A stretch of 64,000 bases of DNA from assembly GCA_021208605.1 (NCBI GenBank), contig JAJOJK010000018.1, positions 4,780 to 68,779 on the forward strand. The letters run 5' to 3'. A program made the translations under genes and the position numbers. Below, piece after piece: positions 1-9,494 of this stretch (the first letter of the stretch is position 1; every line of letters begins with the position of its first letter). Source of the DNA: Candidatus Woesebacteria bacterium. GTDB lineage: Bacteria; Patescibacteriota; Microgenomatia; UBA1400; UBA1396. The notes beneath the pieces were generated by a model. The model saw only the letters and a program-made list of their open reading frames with translations, searched no databases and was not told the origin of the DNA.

Positions 1-600
1 ATTACGACGGCCTTCAAGCGCGCGGGACAGCGTCACGCCGTCAGCGTACTCGATATCAGCGCCGACAGGAAGTCCGTGACCAATACGAGAAATGGCAATT
101 TCTTCTGGACCATAGCCAGCCTCACGAATCATCTTCTCAATATAGAGCGCGGTAGCTTCGCCCTCCATGGTAGGATTGGTGGCCAAAATAACTTCGGTAA
201 CGCCATCTAAACGGTCTAAAATGTCGCGCAGGTAAAGCTGTTCCGGACCGATATTATCCAATGGAGCAATGACTCCGTGGAGGACATGATAAAGGCCTTT
301 GAAGGTGTTAGTACGCTCGAGGGCAATCACGTCCAAAGGGTTTTCCACCACACACAAGACCGACTGCTCCCGAGTAGCGTCACTACACACGAGACACAGC
401 TCGGCTTCATCAATGTTATGACACTGTGTACACAGGCGCGTATTGCGCTTGAGGTTGAGCAAGGCCTGCGAGAAATCCTCCACCACATAGTCAGGTACAT
501 GAATGAGATAAAACGCTAGTCGTTGCGCCGATTTCGGACCAATGCCAGGCAGTTTTTCAAACTGCTCCACCAGCCCCTGCACCGAACGGGGAAGTTTCAT
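1..600 (-). CDS. recR: recombination protein RecR (N-terminal part; C-terminus lies beyond window start)
   Basis: Not in ORF track (no stop inside window). Minus-strand ATG at 598-600 translates MKLPRSVQGLVEQFEKLPGIGPKSAQRLAFYLIH..., the RecR helix-hairpin-helix N-terminus. Completes the classic dnaX-ybaB-recR order. Confidence 0.8.
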   Translation of the reverse strand, partial: MKLPRSVQGLVEQFEKLPGIGPKSAQRLAFYLIHVPDYVVEDFSQALLNLKRNTRLCTQCHNIDEAELCLVCSDATREQSVLCVVENPLDVIALERTNTFKGLYHVLHGVIAPLDNIGPEQLYLRDILDRLDGVTEVILATNPTMEGEATALYIEKMIREAGYGPEEIAISRIGHGLPVGADIEYADGVTLSRALEGRRN

Positions 601-637
601 GAAAAAGGGTCTCCTTTATGGATGTAATTCCAGAGTC

Positions 638-928
638 TTAACGACCCTGGTCGCCACCAAACATGCCGCCGAGTCCACCGGTCATCTCTTGCAGTTTACC
701 AGCGGCTAACTCTTGGGATTTCTTGATGGCTTTGTTCAAAGCGGTTACAGCGACGTCAGAAGAAACACCCTGAACGCTGAACTCGAGAATACGTTGGTCA
801 CCAGAAATGACAACACGTACATCACCTTCTTCGATCACAATCTCTTCTTGCGCTAACGCCTGCTGCATCTGCATAGCTTGCTTGCGCAATTGATTGATGT
901 CTCCGAGGGCCTTGAGGGGATTCTGCAT
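638..928 (-). CDS. ybaB: nucleoid-associated protein YbaB/EbfC
   Basis: 96-aa ORF from track; YbaB-like sequence and position between dnaX and recR. Confidence 0.85.
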   Translation of the reverse strand: MQNPLKALGDINQLRKQAMQMQQALAQEEIVIEEGDVRVVISGDQRILEFSVQGVSSDVAVTALNKAIKKSQELAAGKLQEMTGGLGGMFGGDQGR

Positions 929-1012
929 GGGTTCCTTTTCTTTTTTCTCTTGTTTGGGATTCAGTATACCATCGAGCTACTTGATTGTCAGAAAGATGTT
1001 TGTGTCGTGGAC

Positions 1013-2635
1013 TTATGTTTCGACCGAAAGCAGCGCTTCTTCAACGGCTGCCACTAGAAGATCGTCGTGGGCTTGTGCGGAGACATCTACCACCGCCTCA
1101 TCTGGCCGTTGAAGGAGATCATACACAATTTCAATATCCGTTATTCCGAGACGCTGCTCGAACACTTCTTTGACGGCTCGGGCGTACTTGGTCGTTTCGA
1201 GGCGTTCCTTATGAAACGGTAAACTCAAGGCAATATGTACGGCAGAACCTTCCAGACGGCCAGGTTCGGCGTTGCGCAACAACGACTCTACCGCGGTACT
1301 CTTTTCGCGCATAGCCAACAAAATGCCGGGCCATTCTTTATGCAGCGGACCTTCTTTTGCTGGTTTGCTCACTGGTTTGCGGAGTGGCTGAGTTGCCGAG
1401 GCTTCCACGGCAGAACTCGACGCAGTTTTCGGAGTGTTTTGGGTTGGAGACACTTCTTGTTCGGTCATAATGCGCTCCGCTACAGGCACTGCTTGCTCAC
1501 GGCTAATATCTTCTTTTTCGCAAGCCATCGTGGTGGTTTTACTCTTGGGAGTGGATTTTGCTTCGTTGGGATCAGGATCCGTGTTGCTCGATTTTTCGCC
1601 CACACACCACCGGTAACAGGCCACTTCTAGAGCAATACCCTCCACCGGTTCCGAACCGCCCAGTCGCTGCGAAAAGTGCTCCAACAGATCTACAATGTTG
1701 ACGAGGGTCTTTTTCGCTTCCTGACGCTGAATTGCCCGCGATAAACGCTCCTGCAAAGCAGCGAGCAATGCTTGTTCTAAGGCGCGAAACGAAACTCCCT
1801 TTTGCCGCGCATTCGTAAAGTACTCCGATACCGCAGCGACATCTTTGGTGGCCAATGCCCGCAAAAGGTCAGTGACTTCTTCGTCGGAACCCAGCACGGC
1901 CGCCGCAAGTTCGGGACTTACTGCGCCATCGCGAATGATTTGCTCGAAGTACTTCACCGCATCACGGAAGCTCCCGTTGGCAACTTTGGCCAAGCGAGCA
2001 GCGATGTCATCATCCAGAGTGATCTCTTCGGCTTCTGCAATGGTGTGCAGTACACCGGCAATTTCATCGGTCGTGGCTTGACGGAAGCGAATCAGTTGGC
2101 AGCGCGATTGCACGGTAGCTGGCACTTTATGGAGTTCGGTCGTTGCCAGGACAAATACCACATTTTTCGGTGGTTCTTCCAGCATTTTGAGCAACGCGTT
2201 GAAGGCTTCATTGGTAAGCATGTGTACTTCGTCGAGAATAACGACTCGCACAAAACCTTCTGTTGGCACGACTGAAATATGCTCTTGAAGTTGGCGCACG
2301 TCATCGATTCCGCGGTGGCTGGCGGCATCTTGCTCGATAACCACTTGCGAACGCCCCTCGGCAATTTTGGCCAAAACAGGATCTTTGCCATCTGGCTCAA
2401 CAAACTTGCCTTTGCCCTCCTGGATAACAGATTGATTGCGAGGATCATTTAACACTCGGGCTAAAATGCGCGCCGAAGAGGTCTTCCCGGTGCCTTTGGG
2501 GCCAGCAAATAAATACGCGTGCGCAAACTGCCCGGCATCGAGCACATTCTGCAACTGTTCGCGAACAGGAGCAATGTGTAAATCAGAAACATTTTGGGGT
2601 CTATACTGTCGATACCATGCCATGTGAGATACCAT
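1013..2635 (-). CDS. dnaX: DNA polymerase III subunit gamma/tau
   Basis: 540-aa ORF; Walker A FAGPKGTGKTS and clamp-loader AAA+ motifs; operon context. Confidence 0.9.
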   Translation of the reverse strand: MVSHMAWYRQYRPQNVSDLHIAPVREQLQNVLDAGQFAHAYLFAGPKGTGKTSSARILARVLNDPRNQSVIQEGKGKFVEPDGKDPVLAKIAEGRSQVVIEQDAASHRGIDDVRQLQEHISVVPTEGFVRVVILDEVHMLTNEAFNALLKMLEEPPKNVVFVLATTELHKVPATVQSRCQLIRFRQATTDEIAGVLHTIAEAEEITLDDDIAARLAKVANGSFRDAVKYFEQIIRDGAVSPELAAAVLGSDEEVTDLLRALATKDVAAVSEYFTNARQKGVSFRALEQALLAALQERLSRAIQRQEAKKTLVNIVDLLEHFSQRLGGSEPVEGIALEVACYRWCVGEKSSNTDPDPNEAKSTPKSKTTTMACEKEDISREQAVPVAERIMTEQEVSPTQNTPKTASSSAVEASATQPLRKPVSKPAKEGPLHKEWPGILLAMREKSTAVESLLRNAEPGRLEGSAVHIALSLPFHKERLETTKYARAVKEVFEQRLGITDIEIVYDLLQRPDEAVVDVSAQAHDDLLVAAVEEALLSVET

Positions 2636-2715
2636 CGTAACACATGCTGAGAAATTACAAGTCTCTAGCGCAATCCAACATTCTCTTCGAGAGTATCAGA
2701 TACTGTAACACCACG

Positions 2716-2742
2716 AAAAAGGAGCCTTGCGGCTCCTTCTTC
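2716..2742 (-). terminator. rho-independent terminator downstream of rpsI (bidirectional-looking hairpin)
   Basis: Plus strand AAAAAGGAGCC-TTGC-GGCTCCTTCTT: 6-bp GC stem flanked by an A-run and a T-run; lies directly 3' of the rpsI stop (2764-2766). Confidence 0.6.
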
Positions 2743-2763
2743 CATATTTACAAATAGATGTAT

Positions 2764-3261
2764 TTAACGCTTTGGACTTTGGCGTTTGGTACGGGCGCTT
2801 CCACCACGACCTGGTTTGCGAGACTCTTTCATACGAGCGTCGCGGGTCAGGAGGCCAGCGTCCTTGAGGGCTTTTTTGTAACCTGAATCAATTTCTACCA
2901 AAGCACGCGCAATACCGTGAACGGCAGCATCGAGCTGAGCAGAAGCACCAGAACCGAGCACCTTCACACTGACGGCAAACTTGCCGAGGGTGTCGGTAAC
3001 ACGGAAAGGTTCCAAGAAGCGAGCTTCAGGGGAGACAACAGCGTCGAAGTACTCAACCATAGGTTGGTCGTTAACGACGTAGTCACCAGGCTTGGTGTAC
3101 AAACGAACACGAGCATTAGCAGTCTTGCGACGACCAACGGTGGCAATGTACTCACCCTTTGGAAGAGAAACGACCTGTCCAGATTTTTTGGCTGGAACAG
3201 CTTGCTGCTTCTTCTTTACCTTTTGAACTTTGTTGTGACTCTTTTTAAATTGTTTCGCCAT
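2764..3261 (-). CDS. rpsI: 30S ribosomal protein S9 (with short N-terminal Lys-rich extension)
   Basis: 165 aa with the S9 core motif GGGxSGQAxAxxHGIARAL and a C-terminal Arg/Lys tail. Confidence 0.93.
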   Translation of the reverse strand: MAKQFKKSHNKVQKVKKKQQAVPAKKSGQVVSLPKGEYIATVGRRKTANARVRLYTKPGDYVVNDQPMVEYFDAVVSPEARFLEPFRVTDTLGKFAVSVKVLGSGASAQLDAAVHGIARALVEIDSGYKKALKDAGLLTRDARMKESRKPGRGGSARTKRQSPKR

Positions 3262-3270
3262 ACTGTCCTC

Positions 3271-3696
3271 TTATTTCGCTTGCTTCAGTTTGTCTTCGTA
3301 GGCGTGTTCGGCACCAGCGAACACTTTCAAGCGACGCAAACGAGGGGTTTGCTGCTTGTTCTTCGGGAGCATGCCCTTCACAGCGCGTTCGATCACCTGT
3401 TGTGGATCACGGTCCAAAAGCGTAGCAAAGTTTTCTTGCTTCAGTCCACCTGGACGACCACTGTGACGGTAGTACATCTTGTCTTGCTCTTTGTTACCGG
3501 TAACGGCCACTTCACTGGCATTGATCACGATGACGTAATCACCACCATCCACATGCGGCGTGAAGGTTGGTTTGTTCTTTCCAATTAAGAGCGTGGCTGC
3601 TTCCGCAGCGACTTCACCGAGGACGCGTCCTTTGGCATCAACGAGATGCCATTCACGCTGTACATCCTGCGGTCGTTGCATAAATGTTTTTTGCAT
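3271..3696 (-). CDS. rplM: 50S ribosomal protein L13
   Basis: 141 aa, L13 family sequence; rplM-rpsI pair. Confidence 0.93.
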   Translation of the reverse strand: MQKTFMQRPQDVQREWHLVDAKGRVLGEVAAEAATLLIGKNKPTFTPHVDGGDYVIVINASEVAVTGNKEQDKMYYRHSGRPGGLKQENFATLLDRDPQQVIERAVKGMLPKNKQQTPRLRRLKVFAGAEHAYEDKLKQAK

Positions 3697-3708
3697 GACT
3701 ACCCAATC

Positions 3709-4218
3709 TTACTTTTCTTCTGCCGCTTTTTTCTCGGTCTTGGTAGACGAAGCGGACTTTTTGGTTGTTTTCTTTTCAGCCTTTTCGGTCTTTTCGGCCT
3801 TCTCAGCTTTTTTGGCTGGCTTGGCTTCTTCATTCGCTTCAGCTTTTTCAGCTTTGGCTGCAGGTTGGTTTACCAACTCGATGAGAACCATGTCAGCGTC
3901 ATCACCACGGCGACGACCAATGCGAGTCATGGTGGTAAAACCAGATTCGCGATCTTGCATAGCGGGAGCTACGCTGTCGACCAAGTGATTCACAACTTGC
4001 TTAGAACCAAAGAAGCGTTCCAGCAAACGACGAGCCTGGACAGTGCCTGGCTTGGCGCGGCTGATTAGCTTATCAGCCAGACGCTTCACTTGCTTAGCCT
4101 TCTGAGAGGTGGTTTCGATGGCACCGTGCTCAAACAAGTTGACTAACAAGTTTTTGAACATCGCCTTGCGGGCTTTGGTATCACGGTTAAATGACTTACT
4201 TTTTACTCGATGTCGCAT
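3709..4218 (-). CDS. rplQ: 50S ribosomal protein L17 with ~50-aa Lys/Ala/Glu-rich C-terminal tail
   Basis: 169 aa; L17 core (MRHRVKSKSFNRDTKARKAMFKNL...) followed by AKAEKAEANEEAKPAKKAEKAEK... low-complexity tail. Confidence 0.92.
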   Translation of the reverse strand: MRHRVKSKSFNRDTKARKAMFKNLLVNLFEHGAIETTSQKAKQVKRLADKLISRAKPGTVQARRLLERFFGSKQVVNHLVDSVAPAMQDRESGFTTMTRIGRRRGDDADMVLIELVNQPAAKAEKAEANEEAKPAKKAEKAEKTEKAEKKTTKKSASSTKTEKKAAEEK

Positions 4219-4226
4219 AGCTATCC

Positions 4227-5171
4227 TTATTCTTCCTGAGCGGCCTCACTGGCACTGCCTTCTTTGAAGGTGGCGCCGACTTTTTCCAAGGCTTCAGCAA
4301 CGATGTCGACTGACTTAGCACCGAGATTCTTCACGACAGAAACTTGGGCTTCGGTTGCTTGAGAAAGATCACCCACGGTGCTGTAGCCACCTTTACGGAG
4401 GGCATTCGCAATACGGGTTGGGAGATCCAACTCTTCAATGGTTAAACGAGAGACTTCGTCAGTTTTCTTGGCAACTGGTTCGCTGCTGCGTTCCAGAACG
4501 TCGGTTGGATTGATCACTTGTTGGAAGTGAGCAATCAAGATCTCAGCTGAGTGGTCGAGAGCTTCTTTGACGTCAACGGTACCGTCGGTCCAGACTTGCA
4601 TGATCAAACGATCAAAGTCGGTGCGGCGACCAACACGGGTCTCTTCAACGGAGTACGCAACTTTCACGATTGGTGAGAAGACAGCGTCAACGAGTAAGGT
4701 ACCAGTGATGTCGTCGGTTTGGCGAGATTCAGCAGTGCTGTAACCAGTGCCTTGTTCGACAGTGAACGTGATCTCCAACTTGGCGCTGGCATCTAAAGAA
4801 GCCAGGTAGTGGTCAGGGTTCACAATTTCGACACCAGCTGGACAAGAAATGTCACCAGCAGTCACTTCGCCGCCTTTAGCAGACAAAGTTAAGGTGGAGG
4901 CATCACTCAAATCAGACTGAATGCGAATACCTTTGATGTTCAAGAGTAAGTCAACAATATCTTCCTTCAAACCTGGCAAGGTAGAAAATTGGTGTTCAAC
5001 ACCAGAGATCTTCACTGCCGTGATCGCATGACCAGGGATAGAAGATAAAAGAACACGACGTAAAGCATTTCCAACAGTGTGGCCGTAACCACCTTCTAGA
5101 GGTTCACAGACGAGCTCTGTGTAGTTGCCTTCCTGTTTCGCAAGTGTGACGTTAAATCGGGGGGTAATCAT
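4227..5171 (-). CDS. rpoA: DNA-directed RNA polymerase subunit alpha
   Basis: Track ORF 4227..5291 is over-extended into rpsD. True start is most likely the internal ATG (MITPRFNVTLAKQEG...) at ~5169-5171, preceded by an AGGAG Shine-Dalgarno. Product is 315 aa with alpha NTD/CTD. Confidence 0.9.
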   Translation of the reverse strand: MITPRFNVTLAKQEGNYTELVCEPLEGGYGHTVGNALRRVLLSSIPGHAITAVKISGVEHQFSTLPGLKEDIVDLLLNIKGIRIQSDLSDASTLTLSAKGGEVTAGDISCPAGVEIVNPDHYLASLDASAKLEITFTVEQGTGYSTAESRQTDDITGTLLVDAVFSPIVKVAYSVEETRVGRRTDFDRLIMQVWTDGTVDVKEALDHSAEILIAHFQQVINPTDVLERSSEPVAKKTDEVSRLTIEELDLPTRIANALRKGGYSTVGDLSQATEAQVSVVKNLGAKSVDIVAEALEKVGATFKEGSASEAAQEE

Positions 5172-5193
5172 ATGCTTTTCGCTCCTTACTTTC

Positions 5194-5802
5194 TTATCGT
5201 GAGTAAAATTCAACCACGAGCTGTTCTTCAATTCCTTCAGTAATGTCTTCACGCTCTGGCAAAGCACTGACTTTACCCGCAGTTGCTTCACGCTCTAACC
5301 ATTTTGGCACATTTGTGTTCTTGTTGGCTAGTTGTTCTGCAATGTAAGGGATTTTGGCGGCTTTATCACCGAGCTGCACCACATCACCCACGCTGACGCG
5401 GAAGGATGGGATGTTCACCTTGCGACCATTCACACTAATGTGACCATGGTTCACAATTTGGCGAGCGGCGGCCCGAGTGGGAGCAAAGCCCAAGCGGAAA
5501 ACCACGTTATCCAAACGACGCTCTAACAACTTCAGCAGCTGCTGACCGGTAGCCAGAGGTGTCTTCATAGCGGTGGCGTACACCTTGCGCAGGTATTTCT
5601 CCTGCACGCCGTAGACGTAACGCACTTTTTGCTTTTCCTGCAATTGACGACCGTAGTCAGATACTTTGCGACGCATTTTACGACCGTGTTGACCAGGTCG
5701 TACATTCAAGCGACGCGCTACTTTCAGGGGGTTCGACTTCAAGTTCAAGTCTTGACCGACTTGACGAGCGAGTTTGTTCTTAGGTCCGGTATATCTAGCC
5801 AT
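5194..5802 (-). CDS. rpsD: 30S ribosomal protein S4
   Basis: 202 aa, S4 family (MARYTGPKNKLARQ...). Confidence 0.93.
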   Translation of the reverse strand: MARYTGPKNKLARQVGQDLNLKSNPLKVARRLNVRPGQHGRKMRRKVSDYGRQLQEKQKVRYVYGVQEKYLRKVYATAMKTPLATGQQLLKLLERRLDNVVFRLGFAPTRAAARQIVNHGHISVNGRKVNIPSFRVSVGDVVQLGDKAAKIPYIAEQLANKNTNVPKWLEREATAGKVSALPEREDITEGIEEQLVVEFYSR

Positions 5803-6184
5803 GTTTCATCTTCCGTGCTTTTGTACCATTGTGTGGGAGTGGGGTCACGTCTGCAATGACAGAGAGAGACACTCCCGAGTTTTTAATTACGCGCAATGCG
5901 GCATCACGACCAGGACCTGGTCCTTTGATGTAGAGTTCAGCATTACGCAGTCCGAGGGCGCGTGCTTTGTCCATCGCTTCTTCGACCGTAACGGTAGCAG
6001 CGTATGGAGTAGATTTACGAGAACCTTTGAAACCGGCTCCGCCAGTAGAACTCCAGGCAATAACATTGCCCTTTTCGTCAGTGACGGTGACAATCGTGTT
6101 ATTAAAGGTAGCCTGAACGTAGATACGACCAGCCTGCACGACACGTGCCGCTTTTTTAGGAGATGATTTTGATGCTTTTGCCAT
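5795..6184 (-). CDS. rpsK: 30S ribosomal protein S11 (atypical C-terminus ...PHNGTKARKMKHG)
   Basis: 129 aa S11 family; overlaps the rpsD start by 8 nt; C-terminal 10 aa differ from the usual GCRPPKRRRV. Confidence 0.9.
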   Translation of the reverse strand: MAKASKSSPKKAARVVQAGRIYVQATFNNTIVTVTDEKGNVIAWSSTGGAGFKGSRKSTPYAATVTVEEAMDKARALGLRNAELYIKGPGPGRDAALRVIKNSGVSLSVIADVTPLPHNGTKARKMKHG

Positions 6185-6218
6185 AAACTCTGTATTCTTC
6201 GTTTCTTAGTATTCGCGC

Positions 6219-6626
6219 TTAGGCGGATTTCTTCTTTGCTTCTTCCATCTTTTGCGCCATTTCCTTCGTCATAGCACCAACGGTCTTACGACGACCACGT
6301 CCGGTACGAGCGTTTGTTTTGGTGCGTTGGCCACGAGCAGGTAAACCTGCACTGTGACGAGAACCGCGGTAGGAACCAATACGCTTGAGACGTTCGATAT
6401 TATCACGGACATCTTTGCGGAGGGTACCTTCCACGTCCAAACCATCAAGAACTTTCTGCAGACGACTGACTTCTTCTGGATTTAAGTCGTCAACGCGTTT
6501 GTCGCCATCGACATTCGCATTCTTTAAAATCTGGCTGGCTGTGGTTTGACCGACACCATAAATATAGGTGAGGGCAACCCACACTTTTTTCTTCAAAGGT
6601 AAATCAACACCGGCAATACGTGGCAT
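6219..6626 (-). CDS. rpsM: 30S ribosomal protein S13
   Basis: 135 aa S13 family (MPRIAGVDLP...). Confidence 0.93.
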   Translation of the reverse strand: MPRIAGVDLPLKKKVWVALTYIYGVGQTTASQILKNANVDGDKRVDDLNPEEVSRLQKVLDGLDVEGTLRKDVRDNIERLKRIGSYRGSRHSAGLPARGQRTKTNARTGRGRRKTVGAMTKEMAQKMEEAKKKSA

Positions 6627-6635
6627 ACTCTATCC

Positions 6636-6749
6636 TTATCCTTGCGTCTGGTTATGACGTCGGTTTTTGCAACGGATCATTTTTTTCCCATGACGGGTAA
6701 TCTGCTTACAATCCTTGCATCGTGGTTTAATACTAGTTTTATATTTCAT
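6636..6749 (-). CDS. rpmJ: 50S ribosomal protein L36
   Basis: Not in track (<60 aa). Minus-strand ORF reads MKYKTSIKPRCKDCKQITRHGKKMIRCKNRRHNQTQG (37 aa), the C-x2-C...C-x4-H zinc-ribbon L36 pattern, in the expected slot between infA and rpsM. Confidence 0.8.
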   Translation of the reverse strand: MKYKTSIKPRCKDCKQITRHGKKMIRCKNRRHNQTQG

Positions 6750-6751
6750 AG

Positions 6752-7051
6752 TTACTCTTCACTGTTTTCGTTATCGTCAGCGGTAATCGCTGCTTCGTTA
6801 TCGGACTCGCGCAAACGGCGTGTGATACGCGCTCGGTTTAAGTCATAGACAGTCATTTCTGCCAAGACCATGTCTCCCGGAAGGACGCGGATATGGAATC
6901 GGCGCATATTTCCGTTGAGCGTACACAGCACACTGTTGCCAATGATTTGTTCTGGACCTTCCTGTACCTCTACGCGAAACATGCGATTCGGTAAAGATTC
7001 AGTGACTACTCCTTTGATCTCAAATGTATCTTGTCGTGTATTTCCAGCCAT
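6752..7051 (-). CDS. infA: translation initiation factor IF-1 with acidic C-terminal extension
   Basis: Track ORF 6752..7090; likely start at the internal MAGNTRQDTFEIKGVVTESLPNRMFRVEV... (S1-like OB fold), followed by an extra DNEAAITADDNENSEE tail. Confidence 0.88.
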   Translation of the reverse strand: MAGNTRQDTFEIKGVVTESLPNRMFRVEVQEGPEQIIGNSVLCTLNGNMRRFHIRVLPGDMVLAEMTVYDLNRARITRRLRESDNEAAITADDNENSEE

Positions 7052-7152
7052 GTACGTAGTGTCTTTCTGACAGAACCCGGATTGTATCAAAATACGCCCA
7101 CTTTCTCAAGAGTGAGATCGTATTTCCCTACGCACGGGTATGTCCTTCCTTT

Positions 7153-7719
7153 TTACTGTTTTTCAGCCAATCTGGCCTCAATGCGTTTGCAGATATCGTT
7201 AAAGATCTCTTGCACGTCGCGTTCACCGTCAATATGCTCGAGTAAACCTTTTTGACGATAGTACTCAATCACTGGTTCAGTGTACTCGTGGAACAAGTCG
7301 ATACGCTTACGGATAGCCGGCAGAGTTTCATCGTCACGGATTTCCGTGCCTTGCATGATACGACCAGCAATACGCCAGAGAGCTTCTTTGTCGGAAATGT
7401 CTAAGAAAAGGACTGCATCTAAGCCATTTTTGAAAGCTTCGGCTTGAGCAGGAGTGCGTGGGAAACCATCCAAAATATAGCCTGCTTCGTACTCAGGACG
7501 ATCAAGGTAGCCTTCCACGATTTCGAGGGTGCGTTCATCAGGAATCAGAGCACCAGAACTCATGGTCTCTTTGATATAACGACCCATAGGAGTCTTCTCT
7601 TGAGCCATGGTACGGAAAATGTGTCCAGAAGACAGGTACGAAATGCCGTACTTTTCAGCGAGTAGGTTCCCTTGCGTTGATTTTCCAGCGCCTTGGATAC
7701 CCATTAAAACAACTTTCAT
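7153..7719 (-). CDS. adk: adenylate kinase (short form, no long LID insertion)
   Basis: 188 aa; P-loop GIQGAGKSTQ and the adk family sequence. Confidence 0.9.
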   Translation of the reverse strand: MKVVLMGIQGAGKSTQGNLLAEKYGISYLSSGHIFRTMAQEKTPMGRYIKETMSSGALIPDERTLEIVEGYLDRPEYEAGYILDGFPRTPAQAEAFKNGLDAVLFLDISDKEALWRIAGRIMQGTEIRDDETLPAIRKRIDLFHEYTEPVIEYYRQKGLLEHIDGERDVQEIFNDICKRIEARLAEKQ

Positions 7720-7743
7720 GTGTTCCTCTCTTTTCTTCTCTGC

Positions 7744-9033
7744 TTATAGATATTGATCGTATTGGTCATGCACCAGCTGAGCTTGCACTTGGCGCATAGT
7801 CTCAAGCACAACGGAAACGACAATCAACAGACCCGTTCCACCAATGCTCAAAGTGTTTATTCCGGTAGCGTTCTGAGCTACCAACGGTAAGACGGCCACC
7901 ACACCCAAATACAATCCACCAATGAAAGAGACGCGTAAGAGCACGTTCATTAACAGTTGGGCGGTTGGTTTACCGGGACGAACGCCAGGCACAAAAGTAC
8001 CTGATTTCTTTAAGTCCTCAGCAAAGTCTTTGGGTTGGAAGTAGACAAAAATAGAGAAAAAGGTAAAGGCAAACACCAAGATAAAGTACAACGTGTTGTA
8101 CACCGGTGATGCTGGATTAAACCACACCTGCCAGTTACGTGCCATCGCGACTAACCAGCCAGGAGTCTGCGGAACATTCAGTAATAATGTACCGAGAGTG
8201 CTGGGCAGAGTCAGAACTGGCAAAGCAAAAATGATCGGCATTACACCAAACTGCGTCACTTTAATCGGAATGTGAGACATAGAACTGCCATACGAACTCG
8301 TGCCACGTTGGCGGCGAGCTTGCTGGATTGGAATCCGGCGCACAGCTTCTTGCATAAAGACCACCGAAACAACGAGGGCCGCTAACCCCAAAGCCATACC
8401 GAGCAAGGCAGCCGAGCCAACAGCGCTGCGTAATGACCAGGTCTGACTAAAGGAAACTGGAATTTGACTAATAATACCGACAAAGATAATCCATGAAATA
8501 CCGTTCCCCACACCATGCTTGGTGATAAGTTCACCAATCCACATAACTACCATTGCTCCAGCTACCAGAGAAAGAATCATTACCATAAACTCAACTGGTG
8601 CCGTAGCAGTGAGTAAATTCTGAGAGCGCAGCAAGAACAGCAATGATAAAGACTGCAGCACAGCAATTGGCACTGTCAGGTAACGAGTAATCATACTGAG
8701 CTGCGCTCGGGTGGCGTCGCTTTCGCGCTGCATCTCTTTTATCTTGGGGAAAAACAAGCCCGATACCTGCACCAAAATGGAGGCAGTAATGTATGGACTA
8801 ATACCGACAGCCATCAACGAGAAGTTCGCTAAAGTGCCACCGGAAAATATATTCAAAACACCAAGAAATTGGTTGGAAGCAAACAGTTGACGCAGTTGCG
8901 CCACGTCGACACCAAATAAAGGAATATGGGCTAAGAAACGGAAGAGTACGGTTAGAGCGATGGTTGCAAGAAGTTGGTCGCGCACTTGACGCGAATTCCA
9001 AATGGAACGGAGTGTCTCAATAACGTGTTTCAC
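7744..9033 (-). CDS. secY: preprotein translocase subunit SecY
   Basis: 429 aa polytopic membrane protein with SecY motifs, in the spc-operon position. Confidence 0.92.
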   Translation of the reverse strand: MKHVIETLRSIWNSRQVRDQLLATIALTVLFRFLAHIPLFGVDVAQLRQLFASNQFLGVLNIFSGGTLANFSLMAVGISPYITASILVQVSGLFFPKIKEMQRESDATRAQLSMITRYLTVPIAVLQSLSLLFLLRSQNLLTATAPVEFMVMILSLVAGAMVVMWIGELITKHGVGNGISWIIFVGIISQIPVSFSQTWSLRSAVGSAALLGMALGLAALVVSVVFMQEAVRRIPIQQARRQRGTSSYGSSMSHIPIKVTQFGVMPIIFALPVLTLPSTLGTLLLNVPQTPGWLVAMARNWQVWFNPASPVYNTLYFILVFAFTFFSIFVYFQPKDFAEDLKKSGTFVPGVRPGKPTAQLLMNVLLRVSFIGGLYLGVVAVLPLVAQNATGINTLSIGGTGLLIVVSVVLETMRQVQAQLVHDQYDQYL

Positions 9034-9039
9034 TGTCTC

Positions 9040-9483
9040 TTATTGCGTTACTTTCCCACCAGCTTTTTCGATTGCTTTTCGTACGGGATTGGAAGTTTCG
9101 ATACCAGTAACAGTGACCGGAGTCTCTAACTTCACGGCGCCAATAAGGCGAGGGGTTCCGTTGCTCAAACGAATCAGGTTGGCTTCAGCAAGGCTTTCGA
9201 CGGTAATTTCAGTCAGTCCTTTAGCAACAACGTCACGCAGTTGAACTTCTTGTTTGGTCTTCAAAGAACCAAAGCGAGCTTTACCACGCAACATAGGCAA
9301 ACGCTTGATGAGCGGAAGTTGTCCACCTTCAAACCAGAGCGCTACTTTGGAAGCACCAGTACGGCTCAACTGACCTTTTTGACCACGACCAGCGGTGTGA
9401 CCACCGCGTTGTGAACCGTATCCACGGCCCACGCGCTTGGCGGAGGAAGACACAATGGATGGTAATTCTTGTAATAAACTCAT
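9040..9483 (-). CDS. rplO: 50S ribosomal protein L15
   Basis: 147 aa L15 family (GRGYGSQRGGHTAGRGQKGQ...). Confidence 0.93.
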   Translation of the reverse strand: MSLLQELPSIVSSSAKRVGRGYGSQRGGHTAGRGQKGQLSRTGASKVALWFEGGQLPLIKRLPMLRGKARFGSLKTKQEVQLRDVVAKGLTEITVESLAEANLIRLSNGTPRLIGAVKLETPVTVTGIETSNPVRKAIEKAGGKVTQ

Positions 9484-9494
9484 GTGTATCCTTG

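Noticed and set aside
1013-2635. Programmed -1 frameshift site in dnaX (gamma/tau) as in E. coli
   Set aside because: I found no A-AAA-AAG-type heptamer followed by a stem-loop in the expected region (~2/3 into the gene). The closest is GAAAAAGAAG at ~1505, which lacks the XXXYYYZ pattern.
5795-5840. Frameshift in the S11 C-terminus (…PHNGTKARKMKHG instead of …GCRPPKRRRV)
   Set aside because: Neither alternative frame encodes the canonical tail, and the reading frame is continuous. Treated as genuine sequence divergence rather than a sixth indel.
7091-7152. Fifth copy of the leader element upstream of infA
   Set aside because: Contains AAAAAGGAAGG and a CCC-N7-GGG hairpin, but lacks the outer helix, the CTTCAGCG/TGAAACCC core and the CCTTTTAGAT junction, so it is too weak to call.
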